The notes below the pieces were generated by a model that saw only the letters and a program-made list of their open reading frames with translations, did no database searches and was not told the origin of the DNA. Of a stretch of 64,000 nt of DNA, positions 10,391 to 24,200 are shown in pieces (within the stretch, counting starts at the first letter, position 1; the number at the start of each line of letters is the position of its first letter). The stretch covers positions 66,223-130,222 of the forward strand of contig CAZNEE010000001.1 of the NCBI GenBank assembly GCA_964572255.1. Direction: 5' to 3'. The position numbers and the translations under genes were made by a program. The stretch is from an uncultured Planctomycetia bacterium (lineage in GTDB: Bacteria > Omnitrophota > Gorgyraeia > Tantalellales > Tantalellaceae).

Positions 10391-12002
10391 TATTGTTATG
10401 AAACTGATATCCATCGTGGTTATCCTATCTCTCAGTGTGCCCGATTCGGCCATGGCACTGGCTCCCGCGAACAGATTTAATCCGATCGAGGATGCGGAAG
10501 AAAGGCAGGCCTGGGATGAAGAAACGGTCAGGAGCGTTAAAGCAGGCGAAGTGCTCGGTAAATCCTTCAGGAACAGGGTCGCTTTCCGTGATATGAGTAT
10601 TTTGATAGGGAAATACCTTCATTCGGGCATATCAAAATACACTCTCGTTCAGGAAATTAAAGAACATATAGACGCGGCAGAACTTGCTTTGAGCAAGACA
10701 CACCGGGATCCGCTCCTGGCGGGGTTTGAGATCGATGAATTGGAATATCGTGAAGATGAGAATGCATTTTATCTGCCTTTATACCGACAAGGAAAAAAAG
10801 CGTTTTATTACAAGTATTATACGGAAAAGGACGAAAAGAACCCACCCCACATCACGATCCCCCTTGGTAACGGAGAGTACGTTTATGTTGATGTGGTAAA
10901 GATCCTTCCGGATGAAGAAAATGAAGTATCGATAAACAATAAGGAAATGTCATCGGAGGAAGAGCAAAACATGTACATAGAATTAATGCTCAGGTTGAGG
11001 AAAGAATACCCCTGGCGTCAGTGCGCGGAACTTTCGAGCATACTGAAAGGCGAGCTTGAAAAAATGGGGGTAAAAGCCACAGTGTACACTACCCCAGTAT
11101 TTCTTGAACATTATAATATTGATCATGTCTGGGTTGTGACCGAGAAGGGATGGACACTGGATGCTTATCCGGAAGGTTCCAGGATGCCTAAGAAATTTGA
11201 TCATTTATGGAAAGAGACCAAAGGAGTTATAGCATTAGGCCCCGACTCCATCGGAAAATACCCGTATAATTCCGAAAGAGTTGAGATGGAGGTTGGTGAA
11301 GAGATAATAGGATATTTTTCAAAACGCGGATCCGAGTCTGAAGGGTTCGGTTCGATGGAAAAACTTGCCGCTGAGAGATCAATAGAACCCACTCCGGGAT
11401 CAGAGAAAAAACATGCTGTTCTTTTTAAAGATGCTGTTAAAATTAGCCAGGTAAGGGAAGAGGAGAAGATTTCATTTATCGCTCTTGGTACAAGCTGGAT
11501 CAAAGGCTATAAGAAGGGCATATTCCTTCAATATGATGCCTTGAATCCCCTGATCAAGTCTGTCAGAAAATTTTGTGAAGATAATGGCATACGTTTTGTA
11601 GAAGGGGACGATGAAACGATAGTAGGGGCCGTAAAAGATATTAAAGAAAAAGACCCCGGCGCCAGGGGCGTGGTATTGGCCGGCGAAGGTGTTGTCAATA
11701 TTCTTGAGGAATGTTTTGAAAATGCAGGCCTTGAGAACGATGACAGTGTTTTATTTGCCGGCGTTGACAATGGAAATCTCACCGTCGATAGTTATATAAG
11801 ATTTTTAGAGATGTTAACGATTGCGTTAAGATTATCAGCACGCGATTCTGTAAATGAAAATATCATAAAAGTTCTCCAAGTAAGATATCCGCAATTGGGA
11901 TTAGAGCTTGTGCATGGCAGACGCATTAAATTCATTCCCAAAGCCGAACCCCTGGACTATGAACTGTTCAAAGAGATCTGCGAAGTTCAAATCTGCGCTT
12001 AA
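10356..12002 (+). CDS. Hypothetical secreted protein (548 aa) with a putative transglutaminase-like cysteine-protease core (Cys in WRQCAEL, His-x-Trp in DHVWVV, Asp in GWTLDAY). The start at 10356 overlaps the stop of the upstream giant ORF by 35 nt; an alternative start is at 10398.
   Basis: ORF track. N-terminal signal-peptide-like KRKR...MKLISIVVILSLSVPDSAMA|LAP. A GAGGT Shine-Dalgarno-like sequence lies 13 nt before 10356. The core motif resembles G.C...H.W.E...GW..D of the Transglut_core family. Confidence 0.7.
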   Translation: MKLKRKRLDHCNIVMKLISIVVILSLSVPDSAMALAPANRFNPIEDAEERQAWDEETVRSVKAGEVLGKSFRNRVAFRDMSILIGKYLHSGISKYTLVQEIKEHIDAAELALSKTHRDPLLAGFEIDELEYREDENAFYLPLYRQGKKAFYYKYYTEKDEKNPPHITIPLGNGEYVYVDVVKILPDEENEVSINNKEMSSEEEQNMYIELMLRLRKEYPWRQCAELSSILKGELEKMGVKATVYTTPVFLEHYNIDHVWVVTEKGWTLDAYPEGSRMPKKFDHLWKETKGVIALGPDSIGKYPYNSERVEMEVGEEIIGYFSKRGSESEGFGSMEKLAAERSIEPTPGSEKKHAVLFKDAVKISQVREEEKISFIALGTSWIKGYKKGIFLQYDALNPLIKSVRKFCEDNGIRFVEGDDETIVGAVKDIKEKDPGARGVVLAGEGVVNILEECFENAGLENDDSVLFAGVDNGNLTVDSYIRFLEMLTIALRLSARDSVNENIIKVLQVRYPQLGLELVHGRRIKFIPKAEPLDYELFKEICEVQICA

Positions 12003-12062
12003 ATACCTATAATTATTAAACTTATATAAAATTAAGGTTTAAAAAAGCTGGAAATTATAGCT

Positions 12063-12091
12063 TTGTGTTTTTGTTATATTTCTGATACAAT
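12063..12091 (+). promoter_or_regulatory. Candidate sigma70-like promoter for the 10-kaa giant gene: TTGTGT, 17-nt spacer, TACAAT.
   Basis: Hexamers read in the AT-rich 216-nt gap between 12002 and 12219. No other strong signal was seen in that gap. Confidence 0.3.
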
Positions 12092-12218
12092 ATAACAGAT
12101 AACATAACAAAAAGCTAGATTTTAGTGGAAGGTAGCCTATCACTCTTCAAATTCATGGGGATTGAACTAAAAGAGGGTAGGCTACAGTTATATATAGGAA
12201 AGTTAAATATTTTAAAAT

Positions 12219-15200
12219 ATGTTTAATATCAATAATAATATAATAACTGAAAATAATACCAGACCTCTTATTATGGACTGGCAAAGCTCCAGAAATAAGA
12301 AGTGGATCAGGACCATAGCGTTAATAGTCATATTCTGCTTTACACATCAATCAATAGGATGGACCGAAAACGGAACCCCCGTATGGACAAGATCAGTTAA
12401 CCTTCCGTCAAATATCGCCGCAAAAGAAGAAGTATTCACCTCAAAAGGAATTAACGGCGACAAGACTATTATCAATATACAGGATGCCCACGCTTCCTTA
12501 AGCGCCCAGGAATCTATTGTATCCGTACTGGATTCATTAGTGTCCAATTACGATCTGAAACTCATAGCTGTTGAAGGATCCGCGGGGCGCATCGACACGT
12601 CACTTTTAAGGACTTTTCCGGATAAAGAAATAAGAGAAAGGTCCGCATACCACCTTATGAAAAAAGGAAAGATGTCGGCTGGAGAATTTTTCTCGATAAC
12701 TTCTGATAAGGAAGTTGCACTTTATGGCGTTGAAGAGAAAGATCTTTATAGGAAAAATGTCGATCAATTTCGCGGCATCTATGAAACGAATCAGGTTATC
12801 CAGAAGGATATACTGAATCTTATCAGCGTTTTAGATGTTTTAAAAGACAACATTTATTCGCAAGAATTAAAAGAGCTTGAGAATAATTCCGTTTTACATG
12901 AGAAGGGAAGCATAACCCTGAAGGAGAGATGGTCTTTTCTCGGCAAGCTGGCCCGTAGATCGGGAGTAAGTCACAAGGAGAAGAAAAACATATCAAAACT
13001 TGTTCAATGTCTTGAGCTGGAGGAAGAGATAGATTTTGAAAAGGCCAATAGCGAAAGATCCGCTCTTATAGATATCTTAAGTAAAGAATTGTCCAAGGAA
13101 GCGCTCGAAGAATTCGTTCTCAAGTCTCTTTCGTATAAGGAAGGCGGGATAACTCAGGGCGAATATCATTTATATCTCCGGAACTTGATGAAAGAGGCAG
13201 GGATCCCTTCCGTGACATATAAAGATCTGAACAAGTTTACAGACTATATTTTTCTCTATGAATCGATAGATATTATCAGTATTTTTGAAGAGATAAAAAC
13301 CTTTGAAAATGAGATAAAAGACAAGTTATTCAAAAACCGCGACCAGAGGGATCTGGACGCATTTTCAAGATACATGGAAACGATCAGGGACCTTTTCGAG
13401 ATAAGACTCGTTAACAGTGATTTCGGGTATATTGTTCAAAACAAAGATAAGTTTACCGCTTCAAATCTTTCAGAATTCATAAGAAATTCTTCCTCAAAGT
13501 ACGGTGTCAGGGTAAAGTGCGATTTTGATCTGGCCAGGATATTCTCCGGCATACCTAAAGCTCTTGAATTTTACAGAACTGTAGAGGAGAGGAACTCCGC
13601 GATACTCGCGAATACCATCAAGGAAATGGACGAAAAAGGACAGAGTATAGCAGCCCTTATCACCGGAGGTTATCATACCAGGGGCTTGAAAGAACTTTTA
13701 AAGAGAGAAGAGACTTCTTATATCGTGATACTTCCTAAATTTGATGATTCGGAAGAGACAAAACGCCCTTACATAGCGATCCTTACCAATAAAAAGGAAC
13801 CCTATCAGGAGCTTTTGGATTCCGGGAGATATTATCTTGCCACAAGCGCTTATTGCGAAGGGATAATAGATCTTTTCAAGAGTTCAGACTCTTTAGAGGG
13901 CGATATCCGGGAAAAATACTTTGAACTGGTGGATAATTACGGGGAAATATTCATTCATAATGTCGTTATGTGGGTTACGGGAGAGTCGGATCCTGATAAG
14001 GCGGCCGGGGTTTTCAGGAGGAAATTCAGGAGCAATCCCGAAAGGATACACAAGGAATGCGCGGATCTTATTGACAGCTGGTCGGGGAGTTACAAAAGTT
14101 TTTACGATGGATGCGAGGACAAGGAACTGTTGATCTCCCCTGAAGAGACTAAAAGGTTCCTGGAGTTTTTGGTCGAAGAGAAGCTCGGAGCTACACGTGA
14201 AAGCAAAGAAGAGCCGGTATTACTGCAGGGAGAGGAAAAAGATCTGCAGGATGAGTCTTATGTTGTCAGAAGCGTTATAGAGAGGATCACTAGTCTTGGC
14301 GGCGATATAAGTGATCTTGACAGGGCTTGCAGGATCTTAGGGGTGACCCCCACACCAGGCATACGGGAAGAGGTTTTAGGGCAGTTAGGAAAGATGGAAG
14401 GTGCAGAAGATGCTGAGGTGTCTCCTAAGGAAGAGATATCTGAACCCGAAGAAAAAACTTTGATTGCAGAAGAGGCCGGAACAGTCGAGGAAGATATAAG
14501 GAAAACTGAACCATCCAAAGAAAAGGGTTATGAGGAGCATGCTTTCACGGTCAGGTCGGCTGAGAAGGCGATCATAGTCAGCATTTTATTGTCTTTATTG
14601 AGCTTTGCCGGTGCGGTCAGTTTATTGATATTTAACTATACTTCTCTTTGTTATGTTGTTTTCTGCGGCCTTCTGTCGTTAGCAGGCGTTTATTTTATTT
14701 TTGCCGCTATAAGATATTTTATCATCAAAGAGGATGTTGAGGAAAGATTAACGAGGCGCCTTGTAACGCTTGGCCTTAGCGAGGAAGAGGCCAGCAAAGT
14801 CGTCAAACATATCGCTATAACACATTCCTCGATAGATTACTATGATCATGTGGGGCCGCAATACGGAAAGTTAAAGGAAGAACAGATCCTCCCCAGTAAA
14901 AAGATAAGGGATGAATTTTTGCCTAAGGATAAGGAAGAGAGAAATAAATACATTGCAATATTTAAAGAAGCGGCACTGATTTCGTTCAAGAATATGCACC
15001 CGGACAGTGTTAAAAATTATAACAGAGTTCTTTTAATCAAGCATGAGTCTTTCAGTCATATCAGAGGCTTATTAGCTATCACGCCTATCAGCCTGCATAA
15101 TGCCGCAATATTCGGAAATGCCCTGACATTTTTATCATTTATCGGAATCTGGATCTATCTTTTCGTAAAGGATAATATCAGCATGCCGCTGGCCGGCGGT

Positions 15201-18200
15201 GTTATTATCGCGGTCTTGACCTTGGACATTTTCACGCAGCTGCTGATTTTTATAAAAACTTTCATAGGCCTGCAAAGTAAATTTGTAGAAGCCAATACGG
15301 GATTGAAGGTGTTTTCCGTATCAACGATCCTATTTCTGATCTCATTTCTGGTATTGATCTCCATCAATCCCGCGCTTTTCTCATGGGGCGTTCTTTTGTG
15401 GGCGGTGATAACCGATCTTCTTTTGGCCGGGTTTTTGGCGTTATATCTGACTAAGAGCGAAGAATGGCACGCAGTAGTTATACCCGTTTTGACATTACTG
15501 ATCGGGGCGGGGTGCATATATCACTTTAAAATAAAAGAGGCCTTTCTCAGCACATCCGAACTTGCGGCAAAAGCTGCTTTCACAAGGGAGCCAGACGTGA
15601 AGGAAGAAACGGTATTCCAGATATTGGCGCACAAGGATAGGGAAGAAGTGATCCCGGAGATGGTAAAGAACCTTAACAGCAATAACAGAAAACTCGACAA
15701 TTTTTCCGTGCAAATGCTTGATGTATTAAAATGGGAACCCGAAAGCCTGAGGGAAGAGGTCGAATATCATGTTGCCAGAAGGGATGAAAAGAGATTCCAG
15801 CCGCTTAAGGATGGGATGATCGGTCTTCTTATAGATATCGTTAAAAGAGAGGACGCCGACAGCGGAGCGCGTTTATTCAGCGCCATGCTGTTGGCAAGAG
15901 AATGTGACAAGAGGGTCATAGAACCCGTTCTTGATATGTGGCATAAGATAGGGATCATCTCTTCTTCCGGGTTAAAGGAGGAATATTCTCTTGAAGCTGA
16001 TCTTAAGATGCTTATTGAGAACCATGGGAGTATAATTTATCCCCATCTCAAAAGATTCATTGTTGATGAAGAATGGAAGAAGCGTGATCCCGAGAAAAGC
16101 GTAATAGATTCCAATTGGCTGAGAAGACAGGTTATTGCAAGAGTTCTTGCGGAGATAAACGATCCCGGAACGGTTGATCTCCTCGCCATCATCCTTGAGG
16201 ATAATATCGATGAGAACCGGAACATTGCGGTAGAGACTTTGATCAGAATAGGAAAGCCCGCCATTTCCGCCCTTAAAAATATTCTGGAAAGTTCAAAATT
16301 TTCAAAAGCCCGCGAATCTGCGGCAATGATCTTGAAAACAATAGGAGGGGAAGAAGCCAAGGCCATTTTACTCCAGGCAAGATCGGATGGATCACCCAGG
16401 GTGAGGAAGGCTGTCGCCGATGCTTTAAATGCTTTAGGATGGGCGCCCGGCGAAGAGCAGGAAAAGATCGACCATTTTATTGACAATGAGTATTGGGATA
16501 AGATAGCCGAGATAGGCGCTCCGGCGATATACCTGCTCGAGAGGAGACTGGATTCCGATGACATCCAGTATCGCCGCAGGATAATTTACGCGCTCGGGAA
16601 TATAAAAGATCCGCGCGCGGCTGAGATCATTCTGCCGCTATTGTATGATGATAAATCGGATATCAGGATATCGGCAGCGGATGCTTTGGGGGCATCAGGC
16701 GATAAACGCGCAGTTGAGCCTTTGATGGAACTATTGGGGCATAGCTATTCGCCCGTACGCGGATCCGCGGCCAGAGCTCTTGGAAAAATACGGGACATTC
16801 GCGCAATAAAAACTCTTATAAAATCTTTGGAGACTGAGGATAAATCGGATGCAAAAATAGAAATGATCTCAGCCTTAAAAAAATTCAAGGATAAAAGTGC
16901 GAAGGATATACTTATCAAAGTATTGTATGATGATGAGGAAGGCGTGAAAGAATCCGCCAAGAAAGCTTTAAGAGCGATCTTGGATATGGAAGGGATGCTG
17001 GATGAATTGGATCAGGCATACGAAGGAAATGACAGAGAAAAGATCTCTACACTTGAGAAACTGCTTACAGAAGTTGATAAACCCGCCCTCATCCAATGGA
17101 AACAGGACCGCATGAAAAAACAGGCGCCCACTTTCAAGAAATACCTCACAATAGGCGGTATAGCTACGCTCGCGCTGGCCGTTCTTAGTGTAATTTTCCT
17201 CGTGGTAAGAAAGCTCTTTAAAGTGAAAAAAGTTTCCGGGGAAAAAGATGACTCCACGCATGCATTTACCGCCTTAAGCGGTTTTATTGGCTCGGGCATA
17301 ACGGCACTCTTGTCCGGCGGAACATTCATGGGCGCTGTTTTTGCGTTCGGCGCGGGAAGCATGGCGCTGAATATTATCGGATCCTTTGCGGTAATTGTCG
17401 GTTTTTATTTAGGTATTGCCGCTATGAGATATTTTTTCCTGGGGAGGGCTACTTATACCGCCATGCGCGATGAAAAGCTGCCCTTCAAAAGATCTCTTAC
17501 CGAACCCATAGCCAGATCTGACGAAACCCAACACAAAGCATTTGATCACCTGAAAGATAAATATAAGGAACTTATCAAGAAACACGAATGGCATGAAAAT
17601 CATTTTATAGGCATGCTGGGGATACTATTATTTCCGAGCATAACTGTTAGCGAAACCGCCTGGACCTGGGACAGACGGATCAACATTGTTAGATTAAAAT
17701 GGGTAAGTATTATTTTAAGTTATATTTCTCTTGCAGCGATCGGTATTTACGCAATACCCATAGCGGACTTGGTCGTATTGCCCGGCGCCGCAGCCGTTAT
17801 TTCCGCGGTTCTTGCTGTTAATCTTTTCATGCAGCTTGTTATTATACTGAAATCTTATGTTGAATATGGTCTTTTTGAACCACCGGTTCTGGTGTTTCCT
17901 GCCTTAGCTGCCGCAAGTATGCTGATCTTGAATTTAGTAAATCCACTTTTTCTTTTTCCGGCTACATTTTGGGCAATTTTCACTGCGAGCATTGGAGCCA
18001 CGGCGTTTGTTAGCGATAGTTTACGTGACCGGTTTACAATCGCATTTGCAGTTTTATTATTTGTATTATCTTTTGCGGTTTTACCTTATAAGGTCTGGTG
18101 CGCGGGCAAAGAAACGGATGCTGTTATTAAGGTAGGCATAGAGCATTTTAGCAGAAAGAAAAAATTAGATCCATTCGCCTACCAGATATCGGCCAACAGG

Positions 18201-21200
18201 AAAAGGGAAGAGATCATACCTAAAATAGTCGAGTTACTTCATAATGATAAATATTCCAGGGAATTCGCTGTCCGCATGCTTGAAGAACTTAAGTGGGAAC
18301 CGCAGAATATAGAAGAAAAAGTTCTGTACCTGGCGACAAAAGAAAGGTTTGATGAAATAAAACTTCTGGGCCGGCCTGCTATAGACATTATCGTCAAGGG
18401 TTTAACGGACAAATCCTCAGTTAGTCGGAAGTTTTCCGCTGATATCCTTAAAAAAATAGAGTGGGAGCCGAAAACGCAGAAAGAAAAACTGTCTTATCAC
18501 ATTGCCGATAAAAATTGGGATGTTTTGGCCGAAAGGGGCGATATCGCCATAGAACAGCTGAGAACATGCCTGGAAGATGAGGATAGAGAGGTGCGCAAGG
18601 GGGCGGCAAAAGTTTTGGATAAGTTAAGCTGGCAGGCTGAAACGCAGGCAGAAAAAATAACTTATTCTATAGCTAAAGAGGATCAGGAAATGCTTATCGA
18701 AATAGGTGCTCCGGCAGCCGATGATCTTATCAAGATGCTCAAAGACAAAGATCCGAATGCACGTATATTTGCGATCAAAGTTTTGGAGCAGATAGATGAT
18801 GAAAGAGTTGAAAGGCTTCTTACCGTCAGGGCATTGGAAGATGAAGACGAGAATGTCAGTACAGCCGCAGGCGATACATTAAAAGATATGATCGATGTTG
18901 CAGAACTATTACAGAGATTGGATTGGGCTTACGAAAAAGATAATAGGGCGAAAATAAAAGAAATAGAAGACGTGCTTTTAAGGACCGATAATAAAGAGGC
19001 TCTCGTCAAGTGGAAGCAGGACCGCATGAAAAAACAGGCGCTCGCTTTCAAGAAATACCTTATCGTAGGCGGTATAGCTACGCTTGCCTTGGTCGTCCTG
19101 AGCGGGCTATTTCTTGCGGTTAAGAAGCTATTTAAGGTGAAAAGATCCGGCAGTACTCCCAAACTTCCGCTTATCATTTTATTTGTACTGCTTTCACTCT
19201 TTTCGGCCAGAGGGATAAAGGCCCAGGAAGTTCCGGCCCCAACACCCCTCCCAACGCCTCAAGAAGAGATCAAAACAGAAAAGATCCCCGATGTCGACGC
19301 TTTAATAGAAAAGTTAAAAGATAATGATATGGATATTCGGGCATCTGCCATAAAGAAGTTGGGAGAGATGAAGGAGGTAAAAGCGGTAGATCCTCTTATA
19401 GAGATCGTAAAGAAAAAATGCTCAAGAAAAATATATATTGAAAAAGGCTTGGTAGAGTCATTAACAGTGGAAATGCCTGACGGCACTAAAATAATATGCC
19501 TGCCTGATGATGTTGCTTGCCGGGTACAGGCGGCTAAAGCTCTGGGAAATATCTGCGATAAAAGAGCGGTAGATGCCCTTATCGAAGCTTTAAAGGATGA
19601 ACTTTCAGGCGAACCGAGAAGTTCCATAATAACGGATTTGACCTTAGCCGAAGCCCATATAGGTGAGGCTTTGGCAAAAATAGGGGAACCGGCGATCGAA
19701 CCCTTGAAGAAAGCTTTATCCGAAGCTGACCACCATACCAAACGGGAGAGAATAGCCAATATTTTGCGCAAGATCGAAAGCGCTAAAGCAGCCGAGGCTT
19801 TATTAGAGAGCTATAAAAAAGAAAAAGAAGACCCCAAATGGGTGTATGTAAACGTTTACAACGGTTTAATAGATATAGGCAGACCCGCGGTAGAAGTCCT
19901 TATAAAAGCATCGAAAGATGAGGATATTTGGATTCGCCGCCTTGCGTTAGACGTATTAGGAGAGATAGAAATAGGAACCAAAGAAGCTAGCGAAGAGGCG
20001 GTAGATGCGCTTATAAATGCTTTAAAAAGCGGAAAGAATCATAGTTTGGATATGGGGCCGGCGTTTATCAACATGAGCAAGAAGAACACTTATGTGGTAG
20101 ATGCTCTCATAGAAGCGCTGAAAGATGAAGATTATTCCGTGCGTATCGATGCGGCATCAGCTCTCAGCAGGATATGCGACCAGAAAGCTGCAAGCCCTCT
20201 TTTAGATGCTTTTCTGAAAGAAAAGGATGAAATAGCGCGTCAGGCGATTGCGTCTGCTCTTACTGAAATAAAAGACCCGAACGCAATAGAAGCATTAAAG
20301 AAGGCGCTGGAAGATGAAAGCAGCCGCGTTCGTGCGGTAGCGGCGTGGGCTCTTGAAAGAGTTGATGTAATGACCCCTGAACTTAAGATAATAAGGTATG
20401 CCAAGGATCTGGAGGATGAAAGCGTTGAAGTCCGCGTAAAAGCGGCAAAAGCTCTCAGCATGATGCATGGTCAAAAATCGAAAACAGCTCTTATAAAAGC
20501 CCTTTGCGACGAGGAAGAAGATGTCCGCAAGCTTGCAGAAAAAGCGGCTGAAATGCTGGAGACAAAGCTTATTCTTGAAGAATTGGAAAAGGCCTATGAC
20601 CGGGATGAAGATAGAGAGAAGATCATTGCGATAGAGAAATTTATCATCAAGACCAATAAGCCTGCCCTAAACGAATGGAAACGAAACCGGATGAAACAAC
20701 GGACTTCGCCCTTTAAAAAATACCTTGTCTGGATCGGGATCGGCACTTTGATCCTGGTATTTCTTGGCGGGATAGCCATCGCCGTTAAAAAGGTCTTTAA
20801 GTTCAAAAGATCAGGTAAAACACCAAAACTGCCGCTTATCATTTTATTCGTATTGCTTTCGGTGTTTTCAGCTAAAGGGGTAAGGGCCCAGGAAGCCCCC
20901 GTTCCGGCGCCTCAGGAGCAGGAGGAGGTAGAAAATGAGAAAGAGGTGGATCGGCTGATAAAAGACCTTGGAGATAAAGATGAATCTATCCGTAATAGAG
21001 CCGCTAAAGCGCTTGGAGAGATAGGGGGCCCTAAGGCGATAGAGGCCCTTATAAAAAATATGGCAGTAACGCATGACTTGCATGGCATTAAAATAGTAGA
21101 TCCCAGAGCCTGCATGGATGCTCTTGTTAAAATAGGCGAACCGGCGGTGAAACCGCTTATAAAAAGCCTTGAAGATAAGGATGGGACCATACGAGCATGT

Positions 21201-24200
21201 GCCGCAGCCGCGCTTGATAGATTGGGCGTTTTGACGCTGGAACACAAGATCACCAAATGGTCTGCCGACCTAAAAGATATTGATAAGAAAATTACTGTTT
21301 CAGAGATAAGAGAGTTTGATGAGATAAAAGATCCGGATGTAAGGGTAGATCTCCTCATAGCGGCTTTAATACGCGGAGATGGTCGCGAACAGGCGGAACA
21401 GTCGCTGAAAGAGATCAATGTAATGACGCCTGATATTTTGATAAAAAAGTTAAGCCATTACCTGGACAGCGGAAATGATATTTTCCGCAGAGGCGCCGCT
21501 AAAGAACTTATCAAGATAGAGGATCCGAAGGTTATTGACATTCTTGTTAAAATGATGGGCTCTAAAGATGAAGTCGTTCACGATCTAGCTGTCGAAAAGC
21601 TGATAGAGATAGAATGGCAGCCTAAGGGCCCGGAAGAAGAGGTCCTTTATATCGATTCTTTAGCTGAAGAATTAAAAGGTTATTGTACTCCTGAAGAACA
21701 GCAGCTTATTTTCACGGCTTTGCTTAAAATAGGCAGTAAAAAGGCGGTAAAGGCGATCATAGAAGCTTGCGGGAATGAAAAACAAGAAAGGTCTTTATAT
21801 GCAATTAGAGTGCTGGTAGCGATAGGCCCTCCCGCAGTCGATCCTCTTATAGAAGCTTTAGAATCGAAGAGCGAACGTATCCGTAAGATGGCTGCCAAGG
21901 CATTGGAGATCATAGGCGATAAACGCGCTGCGCCGGGTCTGATCAAAATGGCAAAGAAGGCGAAGGATGAGGAAGCTTATTGGGAAAGTATAGATGCGAT
22001 CAAAGCTTTGGGCGGGATCGGGGATGCAAGCGCTGTGGATTTTCTCACTTCTGTTGTGGAAAACAAGAAATTAGGACAAATTATGCGCACTGAAGCTGCC
22101 GAGGCATTGGGTAAGATCGGTGATCCTAAGGCTGTAGATGCTTTATTGAAGGCGAAGAACAGTAAGCATTATTCCCTAAGAATTGCAGCGATACTGGCTT
22201 TAGGCGAGATAGGAGATCCGAGGCCGGTAGAGGCGCTGATAAAGGAAGTCGGGAACACAAGCATGCAAAACCATTCATACGAAGCGATAGTAGCCCTTGG
22301 AAATATAGGCGACCCAAGGGCCGTAGAGCCTCTTTCAAAAATTTTAGACCCGGAAGTTTATCGTAGTTCTTATCAAAAAAAGGCTGCGTTCATATCCTTA
22401 ATGCAGATCGGCCGGCCCGCGGCTGAAATACTTGTTCCTGACTGGAAAAAGAGGTACGAATCTTTTCTGTATAACTTGCCCAGAGAGTTCAAAGAAGAAT
22501 TGGAGATGAAAAGGATAAAAGAGCTGGCGCTGAAGTTTTTAACGGGATCATTAAAAAATGAAAAGACAATAATGCGCAAAAACGCGGCAGAAGGTTTGGA
22601 TGATCTGGAATGGAAGCCCGCGACACAGGAAGAAAAAATAATATATTGCATCGCAAAAGAGGACTGGAAAGCTCTATCAGAAACCGGAGAAGCAGCCATC
22701 CCGCTTTTGGAGGAAGCTTTGAGGTATGAAGATCCGAGCATAAGCTCATCCATCGCGGAGATCCTGAAAAAGATGGAGTGGAAGCCGGAAGTACAGGAAG
22801 AGGAAATATATTATTTTATCGCGAAAACCGATGCTGATGCGCTTGCAAAAATAGGCGAACCCGCCGTTGAGGCGCTTGCAGAGCTTTTAGAGAGCGATTA
22901 TGTGAGTGCGCAGAATTTTGCGAAAAGGCTTTTAAAGCAGTTCGGTACAAAAGTATTATTAGAGCAATTAGAACAGGCTTACGCTGAAGGGGACAGGGAA
23001 AAAATCAACATGCTTGAGAGAAGGATCAATTTATATGATGAGGAAGCTCTTATTAAATGGAAGCGGGAGCGATTGGAGAAAGGCGCTCCTCCCTTCTGGA
23101 AATACCTTGCGGTAGCCGCAGGCATGTTCGTTTTTGTTTTATTAGGCGGAATGATCCTTGCCGTCGGAAAGGTTCTAAAGGCCAAAAAAGCCGAAAAAGA
23201 TAATTCTACCCACGCTTTCAGGGCTTTAAGCGGGTTTATTGCAGGCGGCGTAACTGCTTTGTTGGCCGGGGGAGTATTTAGAGCAGCGATCCTTACCTTT
23301 GGCATAGGAGGCCTGACATTTAATATTATCGGGGGGCTTGTTTTATCTATAGGAATTTATTCAGCCATAGCTGCAGTAAGGTATTTTTTCTTAAGTAAAG
23401 CTACTTATAATGCCATGCGCAAAGAAGGACTTTCTTTTAAAGACGCTCTTATTAAGCCCATAGCACAGTCTAACAGTAAGACTGGCGCTCTTATCGTTCA
23501 TAAAAAAGCGCATGATCTTCTCCCTGACAAATATAAAAAAGCAATTATTATGCATGAATCCTATAAAAGCCATTTTATAGGCATGCTCGCGATGCCGTTT
23601 TCACTCATTCATGATCTGTTAAACCAGCGTGTTGTAAGTGCGATCACCATGATCAATTTATATGCGATGGTGATTTATGAATTTATCGTATGGAACACAG
23701 TATCACAGCTCGGTTTGACGATCATTACCGCTGCATTAGCTATGAATATAGGGCTGCAAATTCTTGTCGGTATAAAGATGCTTATCGATAGAAATAAGAG
23801 CGGCCCTGATTTTGTGTCGTTGGTCTGGATAGCGATAAATTGCGGATTTATTCTTTTAAATTGCATAAATCCGGCGCTTTTATCTCCGGCAGTATTATTA
23901 ATATTCGTTATGGTCGCCGCACTTTCAGTTACTGCGGACATAGAGAAAAAGGCGGATCGAATAGATGCGCCGGTAGCTTTTTTTATTATGATGATCGGCT
24001 TTTTTGTAGTTTTTCTACTTGGTTACGGCAAGTTGAATATGGCCTTCATGGATACCCCGGAGATGCTGGACCATGCTGTTCATATTACTGATGATCAGAG
24101 CTCTCAAAATAAGAATTTTTACACTGTAAGAAGATGGGTGAGAAAATACTGGGCTGCTGAGATTCTTGCTAATAGAAAAGAAGAGGAAGTTGTTCCGGAA

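Noticed and set aside
10356-10397. Possibility that the 35-nt overlap between the 3,420-aa ORF and the next gene signals a programmed frameshift fusing them.
   Set aside because: The downstream ORF starts with a textbook signal peptide and has its own GAGGT RBS. No slippery heptamer (X XXY YYZ) is evident before the stop at 10388-10390. An ordinary short overlap is more parsimonious.
12133-12185. 8-bp inverted repeat gtagccta...taggctac with a 37-nt spacer in the leader of the 10-kaa gene.
   Set aside because: The stem is short and the spacer long; this could easily occur by chance in an AT-rich leader. Not enough to call a riboswitch or operator.
16037-16564. Minus-strand ORFs of 100-210 aa inside the giant genes (for example 16037-16564, 19259-19771, 20912-21418, 35870-36415, 36096-36581, 39695-40321).
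   Set aside because: All lie antisense within a continuous, motif-rich + strand ORF. Their translations are low-complexity (S/L/F/A-rich) mirror images of the sense codons (for example the antisense of the E/K-rich linker). No RBS or domain signal. Treated as spurious.
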